Positions 53,582 through 62,411 of a DNA stretch of 64,000 bases are shown piece by piece; position 1 is the stretch's first letter, and each line of letters opens with the position of its first letter. The translations under genes and the position numbers were made by a program. Below the pieces are notes generated by a model that saw nothing but the letters and a program-made list of their open reading frames with translations, was not told the origin of the DNA and ran no database searches. The stretch comes from a virus (Duplodnaviria > Caudoviricetes): the IMG/VR virus record IMGVR_UViG_3300025875_000590, positions 1-64,000 of that record; one strand, 5' to 3'.

Positions 53582-53860
53582 TCACGGCTGGCCCGCGGCG
53601 GCGGTGAGCCGCTCGAGGGTGGCCTGTTCCTCGGCGAGCTGCTCGGCGTCGATGGGCTCGCGGATGGCGTCGTAGACGGTCTGGCGGGCGACGCGGGCGG
53701 TGGCGGTGATCTGGGAGCGGCTGTTGCCGCCCTCGCGGTCGGCGACGCGGATCGCGGCGCGCAGCCGGGCGATGACCTCGCGGCGCCGGTCCTCGATCTC
53801 GGCGAGCTCGCCGCCGGTCTCGGCCAGCGCCTTCATGGCGGGGGAGGGGGTGGTGGACAT
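53582..53860 (-). CDS. Small HTH DNA-binding protein, candidate repressor
   Basis: SRSQITATARVARQTVYDAI helix-turn-helix; likely leaderless ATG. Confidence 0.7.
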   Translation of the reverse strand: MSTTPSPAMKALAETGGELAEIEDRRREVIARLRAAIRVADREGGNSRSQITATARVARQTVYDAIREPIDAEQLAEEQATLERLTAAAGQP

Positions 53861-53891
53861 GCCCGCGACGCTACTCCTAGACACCCATCTC

Positions 53892-53907
53892 TGTCCAGCT
53901 CTGGACA
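53892..53907. promoter_or_regulatory. Perfect operator palindrome overlapping -35 (TGGACA-18-TAGCGT)
   Basis: TGTCCAGCTCTGGACA. Confidence 0.8.
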
Positions 53908-54000
53908 GCTGTGCGGGGCTCCGTCCATCGGAGGGGGGACAGCACAGCGCCCCGCCCCCCGGAAGCCGGGGACGAGGCGCTGGTGGCGCGGGCGAGCGGG

Positions 54001-54411
54001 TCAGTCGGTGGCACCGAGCAGCAGGTCGATGATGCGGCGGTTGGCGAGCAGCTTCTCCACGCCTGCCTTCCGCTCGGCGAGGGCTTCGACCAGGCGGCCG
54101 GTGGCGGACTCGACCAGCGAGCCGTCCTCCTGGTAGCCGCCAGCGAGGTTGGCGATGACGCGCCCGGCGTAGCCCTTGACCTCGGTGGCCCGCTCCCCGG
54201 CGGCGCGGTCGGCCTCGAGGACGGCCCAGGTGGCGGTGGTCTCCGCGGCCATGAGCATGAGCCCGAGCTTCCCGGCGTTGCGGAGCGCGACGCCCTGCTC
54301 GTCGGTGAGGGTGGCGAAGCTGGGCAGGATGCGGGTCAGGGACTCGGCGTCCCGCTGGGACAGCTCGAGCGCGCCGACGGTGTGGCGGGGGGCGTTCGCG
54401 GTGGTGGGCAC
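54001..54411 (-). CDS. Hypothetical protein
   Basis: Start-associated motif upstream. Confidence 0.65.
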   Translation of the reverse strand: MPTTANAPRHTVGALELSQRDAESLTRILPSFATLTDEQGVALRNAGKLGLMLMAAETTATWAVLEADRAAGERATEVKGYAGRVIANLAGGYQEDGSLVESATGRLVEALAERKAGVEKLLANRRIIDLLLGATD

Positions 54412-54418
54412 GGTAGGA

Positions 54419-54432
54419 GCTCCTCAGCTGGG
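54419..54432 (-). promoter_or_regulatory. Start-associated motif (1 mismatch)
   Basis: Before start 54411. Confidence 0.8.
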
Positions 54433-54504
54433 TGGGTGGGGCTGTCACCGCCGCGGGCCCCGCACCCGAGGTGGGTGCGGGGCCAGGCGGAGCAGGCGGG
54501 GCGG

Positions 54505-54753
54505 TCAGGCCAGGGCGAGGGTCTGACCCTTCTTCCCGTAGACGGTGCCGGTGGTGCGCTTCTCCCGGCCCTTGACGGTGACGGCGATCGTCCCGTTGAG
54601 GTAGGCCCGGGCCGGGGGGCGGCCGTAGGTGGTGGTGATCGTCCGGCCGTTGACGGTGGTGGCCTTGCCGGAGGCGAAGGCGGCGTTGATGCGCTCGGCG
54701 ATGTCCTCGTTGCCGCCGGCGGCGACGGTGATGGTGGTGGCGGTGCGGGCCAT
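54505..54753 (-). CDS. Small basic hypothetical protein
   Basis: Start-associated motif upstream. Confidence 0.7.
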   Translation of the reverse strand: MARTATTITVAAGGNEDIAERINAAFASGKATTVNGRTITTTYGRPPARAYLNGTIAVTVKGREKRTTGTVYGKKGQTLALA

Positions 54754-54757
54754 GTCA

Positions 54758-54771
54758 GCTCCTCAGCTGGT
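54758..54771 (-). promoter_or_regulatory. Start-associated motif
   Basis: Exact copy before start 54753. Confidence 0.85.
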
Positions 54772-54825
54772 GGGGTGCGGGGCCGGTCGGCCGCGCAGGA
54801 GTAGGAGACCATCCCTCGCACGCGT

Positions 54826-54841
54826 TGTCCAGTGCTAGACA
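54826..54841. promoter_or_regulatory. Operator-like palindrome
   Basis: TGTCCAGTGCTAGACA. Confidence 0.75.
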
Positions 54842-54860
54842 CGCGACGCGCGGGAGGGGG

Positions 54861-55004
54861 TCAGACGGTGGCGAGCTCGGCGGCGACGTCGTCGGCGCGG
54901 ACGTCGCCGTAGGTCTCGACGGCGTCGAGCAGGGCCTCGCGGTCGGCGACGGGGAGAGCGGCGAGCAGGGCCTCGATGCGGGCGAGAGCGGCGGTGGCGT
55001 CCAT
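54861..55004 (-). CDS. Small hypothetical protein (47 aa)
   Basis: MDATAALARIEALLAALP..., GC3-rich. Confidence 0.5.
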   Translation of the reverse strand: MDATAALARIEALLAALPVADREALLDAVETYGDVRADDVAAELATV

Positions 55005-55074
55005 GACCCTGTGTTCGGCTCGTGCAGACCGGAGCTGAAGGCCGGCGTTCGCGGCTCCCCCCTTCAGGGGGGGG

Positions 55075-56178
55075 TCAGGCGGCGATGGCCGCGGCGAGCC
55101 CGAGGTGCTCGAGGACCTCGTCGGGGGCGGCGTCGAGCAGCAGCCCGAGGACGGCGGCGGTGGCGTGCAGCGGGACGACGCCGTTGCCGAGCATCTTGAT
55201 CGCGTCCTCCCCGGATACGGCCCACCGATCGGCGGGGGCGTCGAACAGGTCGAGCTGGTCGACCACTGCCGGCACGCGGGTGACCCACCCGGCGGGCAGG
55301 CCCATCATCCACTCGGTGAAGGCGGGGTTCAGTCCTCGTCCGCCGCGGGCTCGTCGCTCCAGAGGCTGAGGGGCTCGTCGGCCGGTGATGTGCTCCCAGC
55401 GGGCGACGGCGTCGGCGTAGACGCCCCAGTCGACGTCAGCGCCCCCAGCAGGGTCGGGTTGCCCCGCGGGTAGGACAGCGAGGTCCGCTCGGCGTCCGAG
55501 CGCATCGGGGTAGGCAGCAGGTGCAGCGCCGTCGTCAGGTCGTGGCCGCCGGAGCCGGGCCGGGTCATCCGCGCGTAGTCCGGGCCGGAGTGGGCCAGCT
55601 TCGCCTCCGGGGTCGGCAGGAGCCGGCCAGGCGGTGATGAACACGCGGGCGCGGCCGTGGGGGGCGCCGACGGCGGAAGCGGGTACGAGACGCCACGCCG
55701 CATCGTACCCGAGGTCGGCCAGGTCGCCGAGAACAGCTCCGAGGGCCCGGAGGACGACGGAATCCGCCAGGTCCGGCTCGTCGGGTCCCAGATCGCGGTG
55801 GGCTCGGGCACTGAGCAGTCCTCTCACGTTCTCGATGACGACCAGCGCGGGGCGCAGCTGGGCGATGGCGTAGGCGAAGTGGGTCCAGAGACCGGAGCGG
55901 GAGTCGGGGTGGATGCCGAGCCGGCGCCCGGCGAGGGACACGTCCTGGCAGGGGAAGCCGCCGAGCAGGACGTCGACGGGCTCGACCTCGGACCAGTCGA
56001 TGCGGGCGACGTCGCCGAGGTTGGGGACGTCGGGGAAGCGGTGGGCGAGGACGCGGCAGGCGGCGGGCTCGACCTCGGCGTGCCAGGCGGTGCGGGCGCC
56101 GGGGATGGCCGCGGTGACGCCGAGGTCCAGGCCGCCGTAGCCGGAGAACAGCGACCCGACGGTGAGGGCAGGGGCCAC
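55075..56178 (-). CDS. DNA (cytosine-5) methyltransferase
   Basis: SLFSGYGG, GFPCQ, ENV, R.R.F, LGNGV motifs. Confidence 0.92.
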   Translation of the reverse strand: MAPALTVGSLFSGYGGLDLGVTAAIPGARTAWHAEVEPAACRVLAHRFPDVPNLGDVARIDWSEVEPVDVLLGGFPCQDVSLAGRRLGIHPDSRSGLWTHFAYAIAQLRPALVVIENVRGLLSARAHRDLGPDEPDLADSVVLRALGAVLGDLADLGYDAAWRLVPASAVGAPHGRARVFITAWPAPADPGGEAGPLRPGLRADDPARLRRPRPDDGAAPAAYPDALGRRADLAVLPAGQPDPAGGADVDWGVYADAVARWEHITGRRAPQPLERRARGGRGLNPAFTEWMMGLPAGWVTRVPAVVDQLDLFDAPADRWAVSGEDAIKMLGNGVVPLHATAAVLGLLLDAAPDEVLEHLGLAAAIAA

Positions 56179-56265
56179 GGTGGCGCTCCAGACGGGTGAG
56201 AGGGGCGGGGTCAGTGTCGGGGACGGCGACGCCCGCCCCGCGCAGGCGGGGCGGGCGTCGGCCGG

Positions 56266-56562
56266 TCAGGCGGAGCGGCGGGTGAGCTCGGCGCGGGCCC
56301 GGCGGCGGGTGACCGGGGAGGCGAGCGCGGCCTCGAGGTCGGCGGTGGTCATGGAGGCGGCGACGGCGTCCAGGACGTCGCTCTCCAGGTCGATCTCGCG
56401 GAGCCCGAACCGGGCGGCGATGCGGGTGGCGGTGGCCGCGGCCTCGGCGCGGTCGGCGATGGAGTGGGCCATGTGGGAGGCGACGGCGGCGTCGATGTAC
56501 GCCTGCCGACCGGCCGCCGCGCCCAGCTGCGGGCGCGGCGACCACACGAAGTCGGCGGTCAT
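56266..56562 (-). CDS. Hypothetical protein
   Basis: ATG 56562 overlaps upstream stop. Confidence 0.6.
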   Translation of the reverse strand: MTADFVWSPRPQLGAAAGRQAYIDAAVASHMAHSIADRAEAAATATRIAARFGLREIDLESDVLDAVAASMTTADLEAALASPVTRRRARAELTRRSA

Positions 56563-57206
56563 CGGGTCACCGGCAGCACGCCGACGGTGTTGGCGATCGC
56601 GGCGAGGACGACGGACTGCGGGGTGGAGCCGCCGAACTCGACGCGCCACCACTCCAGCTTCGCCAGGGGCCGGTCGGGGTCCCAGCCGATGAGGGTGACG
56701 CGATCGCCGTCGTCGGTGTAGCCGATGACGCGGAAGGCGCCGGACTCGTGCTCGGTGCGCCACCAGGGGCCGGACAGGTAGTGGTCGCCGGTGGTCATCT
56801 CGCCGAAGCCGAGCCCGGCGAGGGCGGCGCCGAACTCGCCCGGGTTGGAGCGCAGCGTGCCGAGGGCGGCGTCGGCGACCGTGCGGGCCAGCGCGGCGTC
56901 GCGGTCGGGCTGGCCGCAGACCTCGCACGCGCCGTCGACCATCTCGTGGCCGAACATCGAGCAGCGCATGACGTCGTCGTCCTCGTCGGGCACGGGGACG
57001 GTGATGGCCTCGCGGGGGGCCTCGGCGGCGGCCACGGCCCGGGGGGTGGGGACGTGGGAGCAGCGGGCGCAGTCGACGGTGATGTGGGGGACGCGGCCGA
57101 CCCAACCGGCGGTGAAGTCGATGGGGCGCCCGCACGCGGTGCGGCCGTCGGGGCGGACGGTGTGGGTGCGCCCGCGGGCGGCGGTGGCGACGGTGATGGC
57201 GGTCAT
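56559..57206 (-). CDS. Hypothetical protein with Cys motifs
   Basis: ATG 57206 after start-associated motif. Confidence 0.65.
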   Translation of the reverse strand: MTAITVATAARGRTHTVRPDGRTACGRPIDFTAGWVGRVPHITVDCARCSHVPTPRAVAAAEAPREAITVPVPDEDDDVMRCSMFGHEMVDGACEVCGQPDRDAALARTVADAALGTLRSNPGEFGAALAGLGFGEMTTGDHYLSGPWWRTEHESGAFRVIGYTDDGDRVTLIGWDPDRPLAKLEWWRVEFGGSTPQSVVLAAIANTVGVLPVTR

Positions 57207-57214
57207 GGTGAGCA

Positions 57215-57228
57215 GCTCCTCAGCTGGT
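57215..57228 (-). promoter_or_regulatory. Start-associated motif
   Basis: Exact copy before start 57206. Confidence 0.85.
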
Positions 57229-57268
57229 GGTGTGGTCCGGTGCGGGCCACACCACCAGTATCGGCAAG

Positions 57269-57284
57269 TGTCCAGCACTAGACA
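57269..57284. promoter_or_regulatory. Operator-like palindrome overlapping TTGTCT-17-GATACT promoter
   Basis: TGTCCAGCACTAGACA. Confidence 0.75.
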
Positions 57285-57661
57285 AGGGGAACGGGGATTT
57301 TTCTCCCCCCGACGAGGGAACGCCCGCCCCGCCAGGTGGCGGGACGGGCGGCGGGAGACTCGGGTCAGCGATCGTGCGCTCGGATCCGAACGGTCACCCC
57401 TTGGAGGCGGGCCGGTTGGCGACGAGGACCTGGCAGAGCACCCCGGGCGGGGGTGAGGCGACGACGAGGCGGCGGACGTCGCCGCCGGCGTGCACGAGGG
57501 CGAGAGCCCACGCCTCCGGGTCGGGGACCGGGACGGCGGCGGCGGAGCCGGGGCGGGTGCTGGTGTGGGCCATGCGGGGCAGCCTGGCGGAGCAGGCCGG
57601 GACCCGGGCCCCGCCGCCGGTGCCCGGTCACGGCGGCGGGGCGGGTCGTCACCGGGCGCGG

Positions 57662-58326
57662 TCAGGCGGCCTCGGCGGGTGCGTCGGTGAACGACACGGC
57701 GACGGCCTGCCCGCCGGCGGGGTCCTCCCGCAGCGGGGTGACGCCGGTGTGCTCCTGCCAGCGGCGGCAGATGACGTCGGCGTACCGCAGGTCGAGCTCC
57801 ACGAGCGCGGCCAGCCGGCCGGCGCGGTGCGCGGCGATCAGCGTCGACCCGGACCCGCCGAACAGGTCGAGGACGAGCGCGCCCTTCTTCGTGGAGTTTT
57901 CGATGGCACGCCCAACTAATTGGGTGGGCTTCATCGTGGGGTGTACGTCGTTGCGGGAGGGCCGGGGGATCGACCAGACGGTGGTCTGCTTCCGGCCGCC
58001 GTGCCAGGTGTGGGCGGCGCCCTCCCGCCAGCCGTAGAGGATCGTGTCGTGCTCGAGGTCGAAGTGCGGGGGCTCGGGCGGGGTGGAGCCGGGGCGCCGG
58101 TCCAGCCCTCCTCCTTCGCCGCGCGCCAGGTGGTGTTCCCGGCGAGCACGAAGCCCGTCGACCGCTGGACCACGATCGTGCGGTATTGGCCGTGGATGCG
58201 GAGCGACTCCCGGATGACCTCGACGCTCCCCTTGTTCGGGTTGCGCGGGTGCGGCCTGATCGAGTCGATGGGGACGACGACGCTGGCAGCGGCGATCTGC
58301 TCGGCGGTCAGGCTGGGCTGGGACAC
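57662..58326 (-). pseudogene. Internally deleted, frameshifted ParB-nuclease / N6-N4 methyltransferase fusion
   Basis: ParB N-terminus (PHPRNPNKG...LAGNTTWRAA) joined out of frame to MTase C-terminus (HDTILYGW...HPTMKP...VLDLFGGSGSTLIAA); no DPPY motif. Confidence 0.7.
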
Positions 58327-58382
58327 GGGGCGGGGCTCCTGGGCATGCGGGAGGAAGCCCGGCCCAGAGCCAGCAGCAGCAC

Positions 58383-59012
58383 CTAGTCTGCCGCGCTCGC
58401 GACGCGGTGCGGCGGAGGTTGGGAACCGGTCGCGCTCGGCGCGGCGAGGTAGCGGATGGCGGCGGCCAGCCGGGCAGGGTCGTTGCGGAAGGCGCCGAGG
58501 CCGAGGTTGCACGCGCCGCAGAGCAGCCCCCGGACGTGGCCCTCGCGGTGGCAGTGGTCGATGACCAGCCCCTCGGCGACGACGTCGCCGCAGATCCGGC
58601 AGGCCCCGCCCTGCTCTTCTTCGAGGGCGGCCAGCTCGGCCTCGGTGAGCCCGTAGGTGTAGAGCTTCCGCCGGCGGGCGTTGCGCTTCGCGTAGGCGGA
58701 GTTGACCTCGCGCATCCGCTCCCGGTGCCCGGCCTGCCAGGCGACGGAGCTGGCCTTCAAGCACGCCTTGCAGCGCGACATCGGCTTGCGCTCGGGATTC
58801 GACCCGGGGCGCCCGGAACGCAGGTAGAACTCCTCGGGGCCCTTGGCCTCCCCGCATCCGGTGCACCGGTGGCCGGTCGTCGGGACCTCGCGGAGACTGC
58901 GGGCACCGCCGGGATCACCGTGCGTCTTCCACCGCTGCCAGTGCATGGAGCACCAGCCCCGCCCCACCACGGGCCTGTCGCAGCCGTCGATGCTGCACGT
59001 AGCCTTGCTCAC
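58383..59012 (-). CDS. Endonuclease VII family protein with N-terminal Zn fingers
   Basis: CSIDGC...GWCSMH; YGLT...QGGACRIC...IDHCH..GHVRGLLCGACNLGLG. Confidence 0.85.
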   Translation of the reverse strand: MSKATCSIDGCDRPVVGRGWCSMHWQRWKTHGDPGGARSLREVPTTGHRCTGCGEAKGPEEFYLRSGRPGSNPERKPMSRCKACLKASSVAWQAGHRERMREVNSAYAKRNARRRKLYTYGLTEAELAALEEEQGGACRICGDVVAEGLVIDHCHREGHVRGLLCGACNLGLGAFRNDPARLAAAIRYLAAPSATGSQPPPHRVASAAD

Positions 59013-59135
59013 GTCGACTCCATCCGGTCGGCCATGCCCCGGGCCAGTGACAGCTGGCGCCGGGGTCCCCTCCGAGGACGGTAGCTCCGCCCACCGACGA
59101 CCCCCGGTGAGCACCTCGAGTCCGCTCGGATCCGT

Positions 59136-59399
59136 TCAGTCGGCGGGGAACAGGTGGATGACGCGGGCGGCGAGGCGGGGGTGGCCGACGGCGGTGAGCT
59201 GGTCCACGATGCCGCCGACGAGGATGGGCCAGGCGGCGGTGACGGCGATGGCGGCCTGGCAGGATGCGCAGCTGCCGCAGCAGTCGGCGGGCAGCCCGGT
59301 CGGGGCGGGACCCTCCTCGAGCAGGTGCCCGTCGAGGGCGGTGAGGGCGGCTTCGACGGCGGCCACCGCAGCGTGCCCGGAGGCGGTGAGGGCGCTCAC
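59136..59399 (-). CDS. Hypothetical protein
   Basis: GTG 59399; CCGSCASC. Confidence 0.55.
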   Translation of the reverse strand: MSALTASGHAAVAAVEAALTALDGHLLEEGPAPTGLPADCCGSCASCQAAIAVTAAWPILVGGIVDQLTAVGHPRLAARVIHLFPAD

Positions 59400-59950
59400 G
59401 CGAGCAGCCCGCGGACGGCGAGGGGGAGCAGCAGCACGAGCGGGGTGAGGACGACGGCGGTGACGGTGAGCACGAGCGGGGTCTCCCGCCAGGACCACCA
59501 GCCGCGTCGGCGCCATGGGGAGGCGAGGGCGCCCCAGCGGACGGCGACCCACAGCAGCAGGGTGAGGACGGGGCCGACGCCGACGGAGCGGAGTGCGCGG
59601 CGCCACAGCTGGTCGACGCCGGGGGAGTCCAGCCAGGGCTGCCGCACCTCGAGCAGCGGCTGGTCCCGCTCGGCGCGGAGCCGGTTGGCGCGCTCGCCGG
59701 CCCACTGGTCGCGGAGGGCGTCGCAGCCGAGGTCGTGGGTGGCGGCGGGCTCGTCCCACGGGCCGAGCTTGGGCACGAAGATCGTGAGCAGGCGGGGGAT
59801 GGTGGCGAAGTCGGTGCGGTAGCCGGCGGGGGTGGTGAACACGCGGTCGGGCACCGGGCCGGTGGCGTCGAGGAACGGGAGGTCCTCGAGCAGCTGCCAC
59901 GGGCGGGGCCCGCCGATGCGGCGGACGGCGATCTGGGACAGGTAGGGCAC
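59396..59950 (-). CDS. DUF1353-like protein with C-terminal TM
   Basis: TPAGYRTDFATIPR...AATHDLGC. Confidence 0.75.
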   Translation of the reverse strand: MPYLSQIAVRRIGGPRPWQLLEDLPFLDATGPVPDRVFTTPAGYRTDFATIPRLLTIFVPKLGPWDEPAATHDLGCDALRDQWAGERANRLRAERDQPLLEVRQPWLDSPGVDQLWRRALRSVGVGPVLTLLLWVAVRWGALASPWRRRGWWSWRETPLVLTVTAVVLTPLVLLLPLAVRGLLA

Positions 59951-59953
59951 GGG

Positions 59954-60370
59954 TCACTTCCCCTTCACGTAGGCCGGCCAGCCGCGGCCACCGTCCCCGC
60001 TGGTCATGAGCCACCGGGACAGGGACTCCTCGGGGTGGCCGGCGTGACGCAGGTCGAGCAGCCACCGTCCCCACGCGTCGGGTTCCCCGTACACGTCGGC
60101 GACCAGCGGCGTGTTGAACAGCAGCGCCTCGGCGAGCCACTGCCCGGTGTCGGCGGCGGCGCGGGCCCACCCGACGGGGTCCGAGTTCTCTTCCGGGGTG
60201 TCCACCCAGGTGAGCCGCGCGGAGACGCCGCGGGGGCTCTTGGTGCGGGCGGAGAGGATGAGCCCGGGGAGCTCGCCGACGTCGCGGTCCAGGCGGAGCT
60301 TCACGGTGTCCCCGTCGACGGCCCGGACGACGGTGAGCACGGTCCAGGTGGCGACGGGCGGCAATGACAC
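59954..60370 (-). CDS. Thermonuclease (SNase)-like protein, likely leaderless
   Basis: VVRAVDGDT, VDTPE, DAWGRWL; TACCGT 7 nt before GTG. Confidence 0.75.
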   Translation of the reverse strand: MSLPPVATWTVLTVVRAVDGDTVKLRLDRDVGELPGLILSARTKSPRGVSARLTWVDTPEENSDPVGWARAAADTGQWLAEALLFNTPLVADVYGEPDAWGRWLLDLRHAGHPEESLSRWLMTSGDGGRGWPAYVKGK

Positions 60371-60467
60371 GCGACTGACGGTATCGGCACGACCACGGCG
60401 CGTGGGGGAGGCTGAGCGTTGCCGCTGGCCACGGGCCGGGCACCCCACCGCGCACCTGGAGCATCCC

Positions 60468-61379
60468 GTGGCTGACCGCCAGCTTCCTCTCCCCGAAGTC
60501 GTCCGGCCCGATCGGCGGCTCGGCCGGCACGTCCGGCACGACCCCCGCTCGATGCGGTACCTCGTCCACCCGCGCGGCGCTGAGCCGGTCACCCCGCGCA
60601 CGGTGTTCCACCCGCGCCGGATCCCGCTGCTCGACCAGGGCAACCTCGGGTCGTGCACCTGCAGCAGCGCGGCCGGGGTGCTGGGCTCGGCCGGGTTCTA
60701 CGAGACCCTGTCCGCCGAGCTGCAGCGCACCCTGTCCGATCCGCTGACCGCGCAGGCGTGGGCGGAGGACCTGTACCGGGAGGTGACCCGCGTCGACCCG
60801 TTCGAGGGCGCGTGGGAACCGGAGGACACCGGCAGCGATGGCCTGACGGTGGCGAAGGTGCTCACCGGCCGCGGCCTGATCGCCGGGTACGAGCACGTCA
60901 CCAGCCTCACCGCCGCGCACGCCGCGATCCAGCGCGGGTCGTTCTTCGTCGGCACGATGTGGTGGTCCGGGATGGAGGCGCCGAACAGTCAGGGCATCGT
61001 CACCGCGACCGGCCGCCCGCTGGGCGGGCACCAGTACCAGTGCTTCGGGTACGAGCTCGAGCGGGACCTGTGGTGGTTCTGGCAGACGTGGGGTCGCCCG
61101 TTCGGGGTGGAGCCGCCGGAGCCGGTCATCGCTGCAGCGGTGGCGGGGGCGGGGGCGTTCGCCATGAAGTCCGCGACCTTCGGGCGGCTGCTGCAGCAGC
61201 AGGGCGACGCCACCCTCTTCGTGCCGAACACCGCCCCAGCGCCGACCCCGGCCCCCGAGCCCGCGCCGGGCGGCTTCCCGGTGGACACGGTCGGGCCGTG
61301 GCTGGCCGGCCGGCACTACACGAAGCGGGAACGGCGGGCCGCCGACGCGGTCGCGGGCTGGATGGGGCAGCAGCCCTAG
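60468..61379 (+). CDS. Papain-like (C1-type) cysteine peptidase
   Basis: LLDQGNLGSC, GGHQY, QTWG. Confidence 0.7.
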   Translation: MADRQLPLPEVVRPDRRLGRHVRHDPRSMRYLVHPRGAEPVTPRTVFHPRRIPLLDQGNLGSCTCSSAAGVLGSAGFYETLSAELQRTLSDPLTAQAWAEDLYREVTRVDPFEGAWEPEDTGSDGLTVAKVLTGRGLIAGYEHVTSLTAAHAAIQRGSFFVGTMWWSGMEAPNSQGIVTATGRPLGGHQYQCFGYELERDLWWFWQTWGRPFGVEPPEPVIAAAVAGAGAFAMKSATFGRLLQQQGDATLFVPNTAPAPTPAPEPAPGGFPVDTVGPWLAGRHYTKRERRAADAVAGWMGQQP

Positions 61380-61678
61380 CCGGGCGGGCTGGGCCGGTCA
61401 GTGAGACGGCCGGTCCAGCCGAGCGCGGCGAGCCCGGGCCGTTCCCCGCCGGCCTTCCAGCGCAGGAACGCCGGCCAGCCGACGGGGAAGACCTCGGCCC
61501 ACAGGTGCTCGTCGTGGACCTGTCCGGGGAGGCTGAGGTAGGGGGTGATGATGAAGCCGATGCCGCGCTTGGTGCGGGCGAGCGCGGCCTCGGTGTCGGC
61601 GGCTCGGCGGGTCCAGCGGGGGATGACGAAGGTGGGCTGGCTGCGGTCGGGGGTGCCGATCAAGACGGCGTAGGGCAT
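61376..61678 (-). CDS. Hypothetical protein
   Basis: ATG 61678 overlaps upstream stop. Confidence 0.55.
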   Translation of the reverse strand: MPYAVLIGTPDRSQPTFVIPRWTRRAADTEAALARTKRGIGFIITPYLSLPGQVHDEHLWAEVFPVGWPAFLRWKAGGERPGLAALGWTGRLTDRPSPPG

Positions 61679-62058
61679 CAGCAGGTCTCCAGATCGAACA
61701 GGGGTGCCTGGCCCTCGGCGAGCAGGGCTGCGACCCGGCCGGCGGCGCGGGTCTCGGCGTGGTGGGCGCGGTCGTAGTGCAGGTGGCAGCCCTGGCAGGC
61801 GGCGAACAGGTTGTCGTCGTCGCAGTGCTCGGGGACGTGGTCGCGGTGGGCGGTGGTGAGGACGACGGTCGAGCCGGTCGACCAGGCGGGCTCGGCGTGC
61901 AGGTTGCGGCAGCGTCCGTCGTCGGCGAGGTGCCCGGCTGGCCGGCCGCACTCACCGCGGCACTCGCATCGGCCGTCGGCGCGGACGAAGCGGATGCGGT
62001 GGGAGATGGCCGGCCAGTCGGCGGGGTACCGGTCGCGATTCTCCGGCCGGATGGGCAT
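61678..62058 (-). CDS. HNH-like phage protein
   Basis: YPADW...GRCEC...LTTAHRDH.PE.CDDDNL.AACQGCHL.YD. Confidence 0.7.
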   Translation of the reverse strand: MPIRPENRDRYPADWPAISHRIRFVRADGRCECRGECGRPAGHLADDGRCRNLHAEPAWSTGSTVVLTTAHRDHVPEHCDDDNLFAACQGCHLHYDRAHHAETRAAGRVAALLAEGQAPLFDLETC

Positions 62059-62411
62059 CAGATGGCCGCGAGCTCGAGCAGGACGTCGGCGTGGCAGGGC
62101 TGGTCGAGGGGGCACCAGCAGGCGAGGTCACGGCCGGCGAGCTCGGGCAGACCCATGAGGATGACGGCGCGGTCGACGCCGTGGACGGGCTGCGGATCGC
62201 GGCTGGTGAGCCACCGCCGGTAGGCGGCGGTGGCGGTCTCCGGCGTCCACCGCCGCGCGGGCTGGCGGGGCTCGGCCCACGGCGCGAGAGGCAGCACCCC
62301 GCCGACGACGAACGGGTTGCCCCAGCGGCTGGGGCGGCCGACGTAGACGACGCCCTCGGGCATGCGCCAGCCGGCGGTGCGCCGCCGCTGCACCCGGCGA
62401 GGACTGGTCAC
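62058..62411 (-). CDS. DUF4326-like protein
   Basis: VYVGRPSRWGNPF...LAGRDLACWCP...CHADVL. Confidence 0.85.
   Translation of the reverse strand: MTSPRRVQRRRTAGWRMPEGVVYVGRPSRWGNPFVVGGVLPLAPWAEPRQPARRWTPETATAAYRRWLTSRDPQPVHGVDRAVILMGLPELAGRDLACWCPLDQPCHADVLLELAAI

Noticed and set aside
57662-59012. EndoVII as an intron-encoded homing nuclease splitting the methyltransferase
   Set aside because: EndoVII lies upstream of the ParB start, not between the two halves; the break looks like a deletion.
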